Below are positions 1 to 12,584 of a stretch of 64,000 bases of DNA, one piece after another (the stretch's first letter is position 1; each line of letters begins with the position of its first letter). The DNA comes from Heterodontus francisci (taxonomy: Eukaryota): positions 15,551,714 to 15,615,713 of the forward strand of contig NC_090395.1 of the NCBI RefSeq assembly GCF_036365525.1. Direction: 5' to 3'. Below the pieces are notes generated by a model. It was not told the origin of the DNA. It worked only from the letters and a program-made list of their open reading frames with translations, and searched no databases. The position numbers and the translations under genes were made by a program.

Positions 1-330
1 CAAGCGACCATCGAGCAGGCCATTAGGCTGTTGAAGCTGAGATTCTGGTGCCTCGATTAATCTGATGGAGCCCTGCAGTATGCCCCAGTGAGGGTTTTGT
101 GTATTGTGGTGGTCTGCTGTGCTCTGCACAATCTAGCACTGCAGAGGGCAGAGGCCTTGCATGACAATGAGATGCCTGAGCGATACTCCTCCACTGATGA
201 GGAGGATGCGGAGGAGGGAGAGGAGCAAGTAACACTGGATGGTGAAGCTCTTGCACTGGAGACCAGGCAGATTGAGCCACGGCCAAGGAGGAAGAGACAA
301 TGTCATACTTACCTGCTTCCAGCCACCATT
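1..330 (+). pseudogene. PIF/Harbinger DDE transposase (HARBI1-like) C-terminal fragment, decayed
   Basis: Frame 1 reads QATIEQAIRLLKLRFWCLD*SDGALQYAPVRVLCIVVVCCALHNLA then an acidic tail. This matches the Harbinger transposase C-terminal motif (IE..FG.LK.RFRCLD.SGGALQY.P......I..CC.LHN). In-frame TAA at 58-60. Confidence 0.85.
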
Positions 331-1559
331 GCAGCCACTCAGAGTAAAAACAATAAAGACTCACCTCAATGCATACAGTCTGTCGCTTCCTTCCTATTTG
401 TGTTCTGTGTCAAGTGCCCAGCTGAACTACACGGTATGGCCAATGAGAGAGTTTATTCAATAAGGGCTGTGCTGAAATTGGCATCCACTAAGGGGGAAGT
501 CAGTAGCTCACAATTAAGGCATGATAGAATAATCACTTTTACACAATTAATATTAATAACCTGAACAAAAGAACTTTATATGAAGCATCACATGTCAGAT
601 ATCAAACACCCAGGAACCCCTAAGTGTCTCTAGGTGGTATTCTTTATACATTTACGAGTGGTTCTATGAGGTGTGGCCCCAGCGCTAGCAGCTGGGCTGG
701 AAGCAAGTTGCTGATCAGGCTGTCCCTTGACCTACGATGACTTCGGCGGGCATCCTCTGGCTCCCTGAGGCCTGGAGGGCCCCGACTGCCTGAGGGTTTC
801 CTGCACAGGTGCAGGACTCTCTGCAGGCATCGCGGCTACTGGAGCTGGGCTCACTGGCGGACGGGCTGAGGAGCCGGTGTCCACACTCGGAGCACCCTGA
901 GGGGAGCCCCCAGCTGTGGAGGTCAGCCTCTTCTCCTTCTTTTCAAGGCTCACTTAAACCTCCCTGCTGACCAGAGAAGGACACGGACCTGGAAAAGACT
1001 CCAGATGCCTCGTCCTTCTCTTGCCTTGCCACTGCTGCATCAAGCTCATGGCCAAGGCGATGGTGCGCAGGTCTGTGTGCATCTGTGGGATTTGGCTCTC
1101 CATGAGGGTCACCAACCTCTCGATGAGGAAGCCTTGCAGTCACACGCCTGAGACATGGCAGCACACATGACATGAATGGCTGCTCCATCGTCCATTTATG
1201 GCTGCGCATCTCTGCCAGATGTTGCCTTACCTCTCCCTGCAATTCCAGTATGCCCTGTGCTGTCAACACCAGAGGCTCATCATCAGCCTGGGCCTCAGCA
1301 TAGGCCTGACTGCCCACAGTCCTCCGACAGTTTGTCGCCTCGGTTGTCTCAGCCTCAGCCAGCTGCTCGGGCGTGTGTGGTGCTCCCACCAGCTTGTGAC
1401 CCTGATTCTAAAGCCGAGCGGAAACCCACCAAGGCAAAAATATCTGCGATGGTGGAAGGTGCAGGAGAGTCATGGAACTGTGCATCCTCTGAGTGCTCCT
1501 CGTCCTGAGAGGTGGATGGCTGTCCCCCTTGTACTTGAGTCTACTGCAGACGTCAATCT

Positions 1560-1938
1560 GCAGTATGACCCAGGCCGTCCTGTGAGTAGTTCAAAACCAG
1601 ACCTGGGCCAGCAGGTTAGTCATGTCACTCACTCTTTTAACAAATTCCTGCGTTTGTGGATTCCTAAGATCTCAGTTGGGGGGGGCGCGGTGTAATGCTG
1701 TCTCTTACACCGACAGGATGTGGAACACCATCGCCCCGACCAATCTCTGTTAATTGAATCCGCGAGCAGTTCCCATTGTCTTTTCCTAGGCGACTGTCTC
1801 TTAGAATACAAATTCTTTCTAGCCACTGCTGACCTCTTCAAACAAGTTATCTCTTCACTCTAGCAACAGTTTATTGTTAATGTTCATGTGATGAAATTAA
1901 TATGCCTCATTCTTGGCAGGTGGGGGTCTTCATGACAA
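1560..1938 (-). mobile_element. LTR fragment, related to the LTR at 57766-58745
   Basis: Shares gcaggttagtcatgt and aaattaat..g..tcattcttggcagg.gggggnct..ntgaca with 58509-58745. Minus-strand 5' end TGTCA. Confidence 0.55.
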
Positions 1939-1984
1939 TATTGAGAGGGGTAGAGGAAGTGAGAGACCTTGGAGTGCATTATCA

Positions 1985-2650
1985 CGGGTCCCTGAAAGTG
2001 GCAGGACAGGTAGATAGAGTGGTGAAAAAGGCATATGGAATGCTCTCCTTTATTGGTTGAGGTATAGAATACAAAAGCAGGGATGTAATGCTGGAACTGT
2101 ATAAAACACTGGTTAGGCCACAATTGGAGTATTGCGTACAGTTCTGGTCACCACATTACAGGAAGGACATAATTGCTCTGGAGAAAGTACAGAGGAGATT
2201 TACAAAATTGTTGCCAGGGCTTGAAAGTTGCAGCTATGAGGAAAGATTGGATAGGCTAGGGTTGTTTTCCTTAGAACAGAGGAAGCTGAGGGGTGACTTA
2301 ATTGAGGTGCACAAAATTAGATAGAGTAGACAGGAAGGACCTGTTTCCCCTAGAGGAGAGGTCAATTACCAGGGGGCACAGATTTAAGGTGATTGGTCGA
2401 AGGATTAGAGGGGACATGAGGAAAAACTTTTTCAGCCAGTGGGTGGTGGGTGTCTGGAATTTGCTGTCCAGATCGGTGGTGGAGGCAGAAACCCTTAACT
2501 CATTTAAAAGATACCTGGACATGTACCTGAAGTGCTGTAACCTGCAAGGCTGGAAGGTGGGATTAGATTGGGCGGCTGGTTTTCTCAGCCAGCGCAGACA
2601 CGATGGGCTGAATGGCCTCTTTATCTGCCGTAACTTTTCTATGGTTTCAA
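1985..2650 (+). mobile_element. CR1 LINE 3' fragment
   Basis: [37 protein letters not shown] and TRGHRFKV...RKNFFSQWVVGVWN. Ends in a ttctatg-type tail. Confidence 0.9.
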
Positions 2651-3655
2651 AAAACATGTGTGGGTTCCAGAAATGAACTGTATGTCAATGGAAGACAACG
2701 CTCACTCTCTTGTGCAGAGACTTCAGCCTCTCCATCTGATATGGAGTGCTGGTAATTCTAGTGCCTCTTCCTCTGCTGTGGGGAGAGGTCGAAGATCTGG
2801 GATGCCTCTGCCAGTCCGGGATGCGTCCCTCCTGTTATTGGTCCTCTTGTCCTGCAAGTGGAGTGCATGTGGGAATCACATATCGTTCATGCTTCCGTCT
2901 GCTCTCAGGAGTGTTAATAGGGGTGAGCTGTGAAAGAAGGTGGCCTGTGGCTGAGATGCAGCCAAGCATCTGTCAGGATGAGGTGATGCCTAACTCTGCT
3001 CTGCCTGTACAGTTGCAGTGCCTCCCTCCCCATGTCCCGCTTCCTCCTGATTAGCCACTTACAATCACTATAAAAAAGGTATGGAGCAGTCATCTTGGCA
3101 GAAGCAAGGAGGTCGTTGACCCTCTTGAGGCACTGTACCAATGTTCGGGGTGGGGGGGGGGGGTGACCCCCACAGCAATCTCCATCCAGGCTTGCTTGGT
3201 CAGGCAGGAGGACCTGTTCTTGCCATTGCTGGGGAAGAGAACCTCCCGCCTTTCCCTTGCACCCTGGAGGAGAATCTGGAGGGAGGCATCACTGAACCAT
3301 GGGGCCACAGTGTGTCTTGGCATGGCCATTCTGTGGGATCTGCCTTGGGGTGTTGGGTCCAGAATCAATGCAGAACAGGTTACAGTTTTGATGAGCCAGC
3401 AGCAAATGAATGCAAGGAAGCAATACAAGCAAGGCTGGCAGGGCTTTAAATATGTCACCAGCTCCTGCTCTGGAGTCACGTGATGCCGTATTTGGCATCT
3501 CGCCTCCCACCATGTGATTTGTGGGGGGCCCCACGCCACCATTATGCAAAATGGCTGCTGCCCCCGTGACAAATGGGAACAGTGCCTATTTCTGGGAAAT
3601 TCAGTCCAGTGTGTCGGGGAGTGAGGTTGGCCATGGTTGGTCTGCATTAGACACT

Positions 3656-5710
3656 GGGATAAATTTCATGAGCCTACCACTGATGCCGTCGATGGGCCTG
3701 GTAAATGGTGCCATTCCTGTCCGTCACATAATCGCAGTGGGGCGGGCACCCATTTTGCATATAGGAGGCATAGGTCCCCCCAATCACACGGCAGGGGCGG
3801 AAGGTGATTTGTTGATTACCTCAGATGACTCCAGAGCAGGTGTTGGCGCCATATTTAAGGGCCTCCCAGCCCAGTCCTGGATACAGTGCAGCCTACAATT
3901 TTGTCTGACTGAGACCTGTAACCGCACCACTCCCCCCGCGCCCCCCCCCCCCCCCCCACTCCCTGAAGAGGGCAGAAGACAATGTTCGAGCAAAGACAAA
4001 GGGTGGCCCCACAGTTTAGTGATGCCTCCCTGCAGATTCTCCTCCAGGCTGCAAGGGAAAGGCAGGAGGTTCTTTTCACCCACGATGGGAAGAAGATGTC
4101 CTCCCACCTGACCAAGCAGACCTGGGAGCCAATCGCGACCAATCGCAGAGGAGGTCAGCAGCCATGGGGTCACCCAGTGCAACTGGGTCCAGTGCAGGAA
4201 GAGGGTCAAGGATCTCCTGCTTTCAGCAAAGGTAAGTGCTCCATACAAGTCGCCTCCTTGAGGATTGCATGTGACTACACAGGAGGTTGTGCGACATGGG
4301 GAGGGTAGCATCGTTGCGGTGTTGGCTGAGTGGCTAGGATTCTGTCTCTTCCTGACTGATGCATGGCTATCTCTCGTCTACAGGCCACCTTCCTCCCATA
4401 GCTCACCCCCCCACTTAACTCCCTTGACAGCGAGTGTCAGCATGGAAGACATCAGATTCTCCAGGAGGGAATGAGAGGCTGAAATGAGCTGAACTCTCAT
4501 GTTGATCTCTGAGCCATTCTCCACCATCTCCATCTTTCCTCTTGTAGGACAAAAGGGCCCATAATAGGAGGGAGATGTTCCGGACAGGAATTCCAGATGT
4601 ACATCCACTCACCTCTGCCGAGGAAGAGGCCTTGGACCTGGTGGGCACCCAGGGTGGCTATGCAATATCCGACGGGGAGATTGGAGTCCCTACGCAAGAC
4701 AGCGAGGATTATCTCCCATTGGTATGGGCATCAATGTTGGAAACCCACATAATGCTTGGTAGGCATCAGGAGATCTGCACTGCCTAACCCACATGTGTTT
4801 GTGTTCTCTCATGCAGGTAGCCATTCACAGGGGCCCACAGCCACAGGGGAACGGACGTCCACCTCTGAGGAGGAAGCACCGTTCCATGACTCTCCTGCAC
4901 CCTCCACTTCAGCAGGTAACCGCTCAGCTTTAGAATCAGGGTCACAGGCTGGTGAGAGCACCATACATGCACCCGAGCAGCTGGCTGAGGCTGAGACAGC
5001 TGAGGCCTCTGACATTCAGAGGACTGTGGGTGGCCAGGCCCATGCTGAACCCCAGGATGATGACAAGCCGCTGGTGTTGACAGCACAGGGCATGCTGGAG
5101 TTAAAGAAAGAAATGAGGCAAAATTTGGCAGAGATGGCAGAGGTCATGCACAGCCAAGATCAGACGGTGGGTGAGTCCATCCATGCCATGAGTGCTGCCA
5201 TGTCTCAGGCCTATGAGCGCATGGCTTCCTCCATCGAGAGGTTGGCAACCCTCATGGAGAGCCAGATCCCACAGATCCACGCTGAGCTGCACACCATCGC
5301 CTTGACCATGAGCTCGACACAGCAGTGATAAGGCAAGAGAAGGAACAGAAGACCGGAGGCTCCAGCAACTCCAGATCCTTCTCTGGTCAGCAGGGAGGCT
5401 CAGGTGAATTTTCAAAGAACGGAGAAGAGGCTGACAGCCACAACTGAGCGTCCCCTCAGGGCGCTCCGAGCATGGCCACCAGCTCCTCAGCCCTTCCTCC
5501 AGTGAGCACAGCTCCTGGAGCCGCAACGCCTGAGGAGAGTCCTGCACCAGTCACAGACACCCCCAGGCAGTCGGGGCCTTGCAGGCCGCAGGCAGCCTGA
5601 GGACGCCCGCCAATGTCATCACAGGCCAAGGAGCAGCATGATCAGCAGCCTGCCTCCAGCCCAGCTGCTGCCGCTGGGATCACACCGAGTAGGAGCACCC
5701 ACAAACGTAT
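3656..5710 (+). mobile_element. Second Harbinger element with decayed Myb/SANT-like gene (exons ~3982-4231, 4548-4701, 4817-5710)
   Basis: MFEQRQRVAPQFSDASLQILLQAARERQEVLF...WVQCRKRVKDLLLSAK|gtaagt; ttgtag|DKRAHNRREMFRTG. Exon 3 is homologous to 640-1543 on the minus strand. TIR-like GGGATAAATTTC at 3656-3667. Confidence 0.75.
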
Positions 5711-5711
5711 G

Positions 5712-7373
5712 GACCCCTTGAAGTCTCATGGCATCAGGTCAAACATGGGCAAGGAAACCTCCTGCTGATTACCACCTACCGCCCTCCCTCAGCTGATGAG
5801 TCAGTACTCCTCCATGTTGAACACTACTTGGAAGAAGCACTGAGGATGGCAAGGGCACAGAATGTACTCTGGGTGGGGGACTTCAATAACAAAGACTGGC
5901 TCAGTAGTACCACTACTGACTGAGCTGGCTAAGTCCTAAAGAACATAGCTGCTAGACTGGGTCTGCGGCAAGTGGTGAGGGAACCAACAAGAGGGAAAAA
6001 CATACTTGACCTCGTCCTCACCAATCTGCCTGCCACAGATGCATCTGTCCATGACATTGTTGGTAGGAGTGACCACCGCACAGCCCTTGTGGAGACAAAG
6101 TCCCGCCTTCACTGAGGTACCCGCCATCGTGTTGTGTGGCACTATCACCGTGCTAAATGGGATAGATTTTGAACAGATCTAGCAATGCAAAACTGGGCAT
6201 CCATGAAGCACTGAGGGCCATCAGCAGAATTGTACTCAACCACAATCTATAACCTCATGGCCCGGCATATCCCCCACTCTACCATTATCATCAAGCTAGG
6301 AGAACAACCCTAGTTCAATGAAGAGTGCAGGAGGGCATGCCAGGAGTAGCACCAGGCATACCTCAAAATGAAGTGTCAGCCTGGTGAAGCTACAACAGAG
6401 GACTATCTGCGTGCCAAACTGCGTAAGCAGCATGTGATAGAGCTAAGCGATTCCATAACCAATGGATAAGATCTAAGCTCTGCAGTCCTGCAACATCCAA
6501 CCGTGAATGGTGGTGGACAACTAAACAACTAACTGTAAGATGGCTTCACAAATATCCCCATCCTCAATGATGGGGGAGCCCAGCACATCAGTGTGAAAGA
6601 TAAGGCTAAATCATTTAGAACAATCTTCAGCCAGGAGTGCCGAGTTGATGATCCATATCAGCCTCCCCCTGAAGTCCCCGGCTTCACAGGTGCCAGACTT
6701 CAGCCAATTTGATTCACTCCGTGTGATATCAAGAAACGACTGAAGGCACTGGATACTGCAAAGGCTATGGGCCCTGAAAATATTCCAGCAATAGTACTAA
6801 AGACCTGTGCTCCAGAACTTGCCGCGCCCCTAGCCAAGCTGTTCCAGCAAAGCTACAACACTGGCATCTGCCCGGCAATGTGGAAAATTGCCCAAGTATG
6901 TCCTATATACAAAAAGCAGGCCAACCCGGCCAATTACCGCCCCATCAGTCTACTCTCAATCATCAGTAAAGTGATGGAAGGTGTTATCAACAGTGCCATC
7001 AAGCGGCACTTGCTTAGCAATAACCTGCTCAGTGACGCTCAGTTTGGGTTCCACCAGGGCCACTCAGCTCCTGACCTCATTACAGCCTTGGTTCAAACAT
7101 GGACAAAAGAGCTGAACTCAAGAGGTGAGGTGAGAGTGACTGCCCTTGACATCAAGGCAGCATTTGACCGAGTATGGCATCAAGGAGCCCTAGCAAACTG
7201 GAGTCAATGGGAATCAGGGGGAAAACTCTTCACTGGCTGGAGTCATACCTCGCGCAAAGGAAGATGGTTGTGGTTGTTGGAGGTCAATCATCTGAGCTCC
7301 AGGACATCACTGCAGGAGTTCCTCAGGGTAGAGTCCTGGCCCAACCATCTTCAGCTGCTTCATCAATGACATT
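5712..7373 (+). mobile_element. L2/CR1-group LINE internal fragment (endonuclease to RT), truncated at both ends
   Basis: MGPENIPAIVLKTCAPELAAPLAKLFQ...NYRPISLLSIISKVMEG...QFGF...LDIKAAFDRVWH...GVPQG. Same family as 48875-56830. Confidence 0.9.
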
Positions 7374-7699
7374 CCTTCAAGTTATTGCTTAATTGTGAGA
7401 TGTAAACCTCACCCTTCCCCCTTAGGGCAATGCCAATGTGAACACAGCCCTCATGAACATGCCAATGTGATGAGAGTCCTTGTTAACAAATTCTCTCCAG
7501 GGACTATAAACGGAAAGAACGTAACAGAGCTCAGGCATTAAGATGGACCTTTACTTCACTCTCTGCGAATGGAGACCAGGATGGCTACAAACAATTTGTG
7601 AGGTTCTCTATTGCCTCCTCTGTGTGTTCCTCTACTCATTTGCCCTCCTGCCTTGCTACCAGAGGATGTGTCAATTACATCATCATGGACCACAGATCC

Positions 7700-8305
7700 T
7701 TGCCTAAATGGAGGCCCAACCTTTGTTCCAGCTGTGTGATCACAGACCCACCACACATCTGTTTGCCTACCCCATACTGATCCCCTACAACCACCCCCAC
7801 AAATGCAGATTTCACCCCTTTGCAGAATGCCCACTCCCCAAACCCCTTTGCAGAGCCCCCGCTACCCCGGACCCTTTGTAGAGCCCTGCAGCAACTCTGG
7901 ACCCCCAATGGCCTCTAATCCAAAGCCCCCTCTTCCCCTTGGCTGCAGTGCTCCAGGCTGCCTACCCGTCGTGTCAATGTGCTCTCCTGTCTTTGTGCCG
8001 CCAGGTTTCACTGGTTGTGAAACCGGAAGCACGTCAGTGTCACATTCCATTCACAGAGTAGGCCCTCGGACATAAAATCGCTTTTAATAATATTAAAATA
8101 TATTTAAATCACCATCTCAGTAATTTAAAATAGATTCCCATCATGTTGTGGTGAGAGTGCCACCATTGTGCTTTCCTGCCACTAACAAAATCCGAACCAA
8201 CGTCAAGATGTCGGATTTCGGGGAAGCGGCTGTGTTGCGATTCTCCGGCCCATCCACCCCCACTGCCAGTAATCCCGTTCTCGATGGCAGCACAAAATCT
8301 AGCCC
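7700..8305. mobile_element. Harbinger-type subterminal region / non-autonomous element ending in TIR AAAATCTAGCCC
   Basis: Terminal 12-mer at 8294-8305 resembles the other TIR-like motifs in the window. Non-coding. Confidence 0.4.
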
Positions 8306-8372
8306 AATATGTGGGGAGGGAGGGGGGGTGGTGGAAGGGGGATTGCCCGCAGTTGGTCTGTATTCGACACAA

Positions 8373-9650
8373 TGGGCCGGAGTTTACTCTGGAAGACGGA
8401 GGGAAAACCCATCTCAGCCCTTCATCGGACCTGCCTCGTAGCTATTTAATGGCGGACAGCCAATTAACTGCCTGCCATTGGGGAAGCTGTGCCTTTAAGG
8501 GATAAGCATCCGCCTCCAAAGCTGCCAGCCAATTGGAAGGCCGGCAGTTCTGTCGTACCGGCAGTGCCACTGGCAGCCATGGAGACTGGTGGAGACCCTA
8601 AGACGGGTAAGCGGGGTCAGGATCACCAAGGCCATTCAGGCAGGCCTTGGCAATGGAGCTGGGGGTGGTGATGGACACCGGGGAGACCCTCCAGGGGCCC
8701 TGGAATGCCCCCAACGGCGGGATGCCGGATCCCGCCAGGAGTCTCCATGTGGCAGCTGATCCCTCTGCCGACAGCAAAATCGAGATGGAGGCAGGAAGAG
8801 GCCTTTAAGTGGCCACTAATTAGTCACCAACATAGGAGTTGCGTTTCTCTTTTACGGGTAACAATGGAAATGGATTGCATGCAGAAGAGAGCTCATAATG
8901 CTCGGGAAATATCCAGAACTGGAGGCAGCGTGCTCTATATGGCCATCCTGACTCCCACATAGGAAGAAGTGCTGGAGCTGGTTGGAATGGAGGCAGATCA
9001 GGCTATTGAGAATGGTGTGACGGGTGTGGAGCCCAAGAGAGTGAGTGACCTAATGGATGGGTGCAAGAGACCCACTGACGAGCACAAAGCATAGTGCTCG
9101 TGTGCGCACCACTGGTCACATAGAGCCCCAGATAGTGAGTAGTTAGCAGAACATGTTGGAAAGCCGTCTCATCAGTCTTATCTCTCTTGCAGGTCTTAGA
9201 CGCCTAACAGCAGCCACCGAGCCTGAGAGACAGGCCCCATTTCTGAGAAGGAAGAGAGGAACTTAGAGGGTGCACCATCACATCATTCTCCTGCACCCTC
9301 CACCAGCTCAGATAGTCTCACGTCAATGGGTAGTAACAAGATCACATTCTGGTCAGCACGGCACAGATTTGCCCGAGCAGCTGATGGAGGCAGTGACAGC
9401 CAAGGTCACTTACACTCAGAATTGTGGGAGGGCCCAGTGATGCTCAGCTTCAGGCTGATGATATGCTCTGGAGTTATTCGCAAGGCAGCAGATGCTAAAG
9501 CTGCAGCATGCAATACAGGAACATCTGGTAGCTTAAAGATGCTATGCATACCCATGCATGGACTAAGAAGGCCAGGCTATGAGTGATGCCATAACTCTGG
9601 CCTCCATCAAAAGTTTGGCAACCCTCATGGAGAGCCTGTATGCCATCACA
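8373..9650 (+). mobile_element. Harbinger-derived MITE-like segment (8373-8830) plus third Myb-gene remnant (exon 2/3-like, 8884-9650)
   Basis: KRAHNAREISRTGGSVLYMAILTPT*EEVLELVG matches exon 2 of the other copies. tctcctgcaccctccacc matches exon 3. 8770-8825 resembles 13970-14030. Confidence 0.6.
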
Positions 9651-9869
9651 TTCATGAGCTCAGTTGACTCCTGCAACCAAGCCGATGCCAAATGTAGTGC
9701 TCTACATTCCTTTGGACCCAACCAGGGAGGTCAAGAGGGCAACCTTGACATTTGGGCAGCCAGGGTCTCCATAGATTTTGCCCAGACTTGTGCCCTGGAG
9801 TGGACACTCCAGTTTTGCTGCAGTGAATTAACACAACATGGGAGACAGCAGTTACGAATGATAAGCCTA

Positions 9870-10365
9870 ACGACAGAACTGGCTCAAAAAGGGCAAAACT
9901 GGGTATTGAATATTCCTGGAGACAAGGTATTCAGGAAAGATAGGAAAAGGGAAAAAAGGTGAGGGGTGGTGGTATTTATTAAGCAGAGCATTGCAGTGCT
10001 GGATAATAGGATGTCCCAGAGGGGTCGAGGACAGAACCAAGTTGGCTAGAGCTAAGGAACAAAAAAAGTGCAGTTACATTGCTTGCTATTGTCTATAGGC
10101 CACCAACTAGTGGGAAGGACATGGAGGAACAAATTTGCAAGGAAATTACAGAGAGGTGCAAAACTTATAGGGTAGTTACAATGGGGGACTTTAATTATCC
10201 AAACATAGGGTGGGATAGTAGCAGTGTAAAGGGCAGTGAGGGGCAAGAGTTCCTAGAGTGTGTTCAGGAAACTTTTCTCCAGCAGTATGTTGCTAACCCA
10301 TCGAGAAAGGAAGCACTGTTAGACCTGGTTCTTGAGAATGAGGTGGTCCAAGTGAATCAAGTATC
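9870..10365 (+). mobile_element. CR1 ORF2 endonuclease fragment
   Basis: WVLNIPG.KVFRKDR, YRPP, MGDFNYPNI, LLDLVL. Nearly the same as 54600-55085. Confidence 0.85.
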
Positions 10366-12140
10366 ATAGAAATATAGAAAAATAGGAGCAGGAGTAGGCC
10401 ATTTGGCCGTTAGAGCCATTCAATACGATAATGGCTGATCATCCAAACTCAGTAACCTGTTTCCGCTTTCTCCCTGTATCCCTTGATCCCATTAGCCCTA
10501 AGAACTATATCTCTTTCTTGAATATATTTAATGATTTGGCCTCAACTGCTTTCCGTGGTAGAGAATTCCACAGAATTCACTCTCTGGGTGAAGAAATCCC
10601 TCATCTCAGTCCTAAATGGCTTACCCCATATCCTTAGACTGCGACCCCCGGTTCTGGACTCCCCCATCGGGAACATCCTTACTGCATCTAGTCTGTCCAG
10701 TCCTGTTAGAATTTTGTAGGTTTCTATGAGATCCCCTCTCATTCTTCTAAACTCTAGCGAATACAAGCCTAATTGACCCAATCTCTCTTCATACGTCAGT
10801 CCTGCCATCCCAGGAATCAGTCTGGTGAACCTTCGCTGCACTCCCTCCATAGCAAAAACATCCTTCCTCAGATAAGGATACCAAACTGCACACAATACTC
10901 CAGATGTGGTCTCATCAGGGCCTTGTATAATTGTAGCAAGACATCCTTGCTCCCATACTCAAATCCTCTCGCTATGAAGGCCAACATACCATTTGCCTTC
11001 TTAACTGCCTGCTGCACCTGCATGCTTACTTTCAGTGACTGGTGCACAAGGACACCCAGGTCTCACTGCACCTCCCCCTTTCCCAATCTGTCGCTGTTCA
11101 GATAATAATCTGCCTTTCTGTTTTTGCCACCAAAGTGGATAACCTCACATTTATCCACATTATACTGAATCTGCCATGTATTTGCCCACTCACTCAACCT
11201 GTCCAAATCACACTGGAGCTTCTCTGCATCCTCCTCACAGCTCACACTCCCACCCAGCTTTGTGTCATCTGTAAACTTGGATATATTACATTTAATTCCC
11301 TCATCTATATCATTAATATATATTGTGAATAGCTGAGGTCCTAGCACTGATTCCTGTGGTACCCCACTAGTCACTGCCTAACACTCGGAAAAAGTCCCGT
11401 TTATTCCTACTCTTTGTTTCCTGTCTGCCAACCAGTTCTCGATCCATGTCAGTACCTTACCCCCAATCCCATGTGCTTTAATTTTGCACACTAATCTCTT
11501 ATGTGGGACCTTATCGAAAGCCTTCTGAAAGTCCAAATACACCACATCCACTGGTTCTCCATTATCTATTCTATTAGTTACATACTCAAAAAATTCCAGC
11601 AGATTTGTCAAGCATGATTTCCCTTTCGTAAATCCATGTTGACTTTGTCCGATGTGGTCATTGTTTTCCAAGTGCTCTGCTATTACATCTTTTATAATGG
11701 ACTCTAGCATTTTCCCCACTACTGATATCAGGCTAACCGATCAAGAATTCCCTGTTTACTCTCTACCTCCTTTTTTAAATAGTGGGGTTACATTAGCTAC
11801 CCTCCAATCCGTTGGAACTGTTCCAGAGTCTATAGAATTTTGAAAAATGACCAGCAATGCATCTACTATTTCTGGGGCCACTTCCTTAAGTACTCTGGGA
11901 TGTAGATTATCAGACCCTGGGGATTTATCAGCCTTCAATCCCATCAATTTCCCCAACAACATTTCCCTACTAATACTGATTTCATATAGTTCCTATTTCT
12001 CACTAGACCCTATGTTCCCCAACATTTCTGGGAGGTAATTTTGTGTCCTCCTTTGTGAAGACAGAACCAAACTATGTATTTAATTGTTGTGCCATTTCTT
12101 TGTTCCCCATTATAAATTCCCCGTTTCCGACTATAAGGGA
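10366..12140 (-). mobile_element. CR1 LINE 3' portion (RT + 3' UTR)
   Basis: KSPGSDNLHPRVLKE, SQHGFTKGKSCLTNL, YLDFQKAFDKVPH, SGVPQESVLGP, KFTDDTKL, VQRRFTR. 3' tail at ~10366. Confidence 0.92.
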
Positions 12141-12184
12141 CACACCTGCAAGACACCCGAAATCAACATGGGAGTTGTTAGGTT

Positions 12185-12580
12185 GAACATTTATTCACTC
12201 CCTCCACCACTGTCACAGTGTATACCATCTACAAGATGCACTGCAGCAACTTGCCAAGGCTCCTTCAACAGCACTTTCCAAACCCGCAACCTCTACCACT
12301 TAGAAGGACAAGGGTAGCAGATGCATGGGAACACTACCATCTGCAAATTCCCCACCAAACCACACACCATTCTGACTTGGAACTATATCACCATTCCTTC
12401 ACTGTTGCTGGGTCAAAATCCTGGAACTCCCTTCCTAACAGCACTGTGAGTGTACCTAAATCACACAGACTGCAAAGGTTCAAGAAGGCAGCTCATCACC
12501 ACCTTCAAGGGCAATTAGGGATGGGCGATAAATGCTGGTCTAGCCAGTGACACCCACATCCTGTGGAACAATATAAAAAA
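12185..12580 (+). mobile_element. L2-type LINE 3' end (SacSINE1 partner family)
   Basis: YTIYKMHCSNLPRLLQQHFPNP...SFTVAGSKSWNSLP. 3' tail gggcaattagggatgggcgataaatgctgg...cccacatcc. Confidence 0.85.
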
Positions 12581-12584
12581 AATT

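Larger units (their letters stand above)
640..3329 (-). pseudogene. Harbinger Myb/SANT-like (ORF1) gene, 3 decayed exons (~3329-3094, ~2851-2706, ~1543-640), convergent with the transposase
   Basis: Exon 1 reads APWFSDASLQILLQGARERREVLF...TKQAWMEIA...QCLKRVNDLLASAK (Myb/SANT-like domain). Exon 2 reads DKRTNNRRDASRTGRGIPDLRPLPTAEEEALEL after ttgcag. Colinear with the plus-strand copy at 3982-5710. Frameshifts and a mutated donor. Confidence 0.75.
1..3607. mobile_element. Harbinger DNA transposon (transposase + Myb gene), right end at putative TIR
   Basis: Two-gene convergent layout typical of Harbinger. GAAATTCAGTCC at 3596-3607 resembles terminal motifs at 3656, 8294 and 14165. Confidence 0.65.

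Noticed and set aside
1-5710. Domesticated HARBI1 or NAIF1/MSANTD host genes
   Set aside because: Stops, frameshifts, mutated splice donors, several divergent copies and TE insertions indicate dead transposons.
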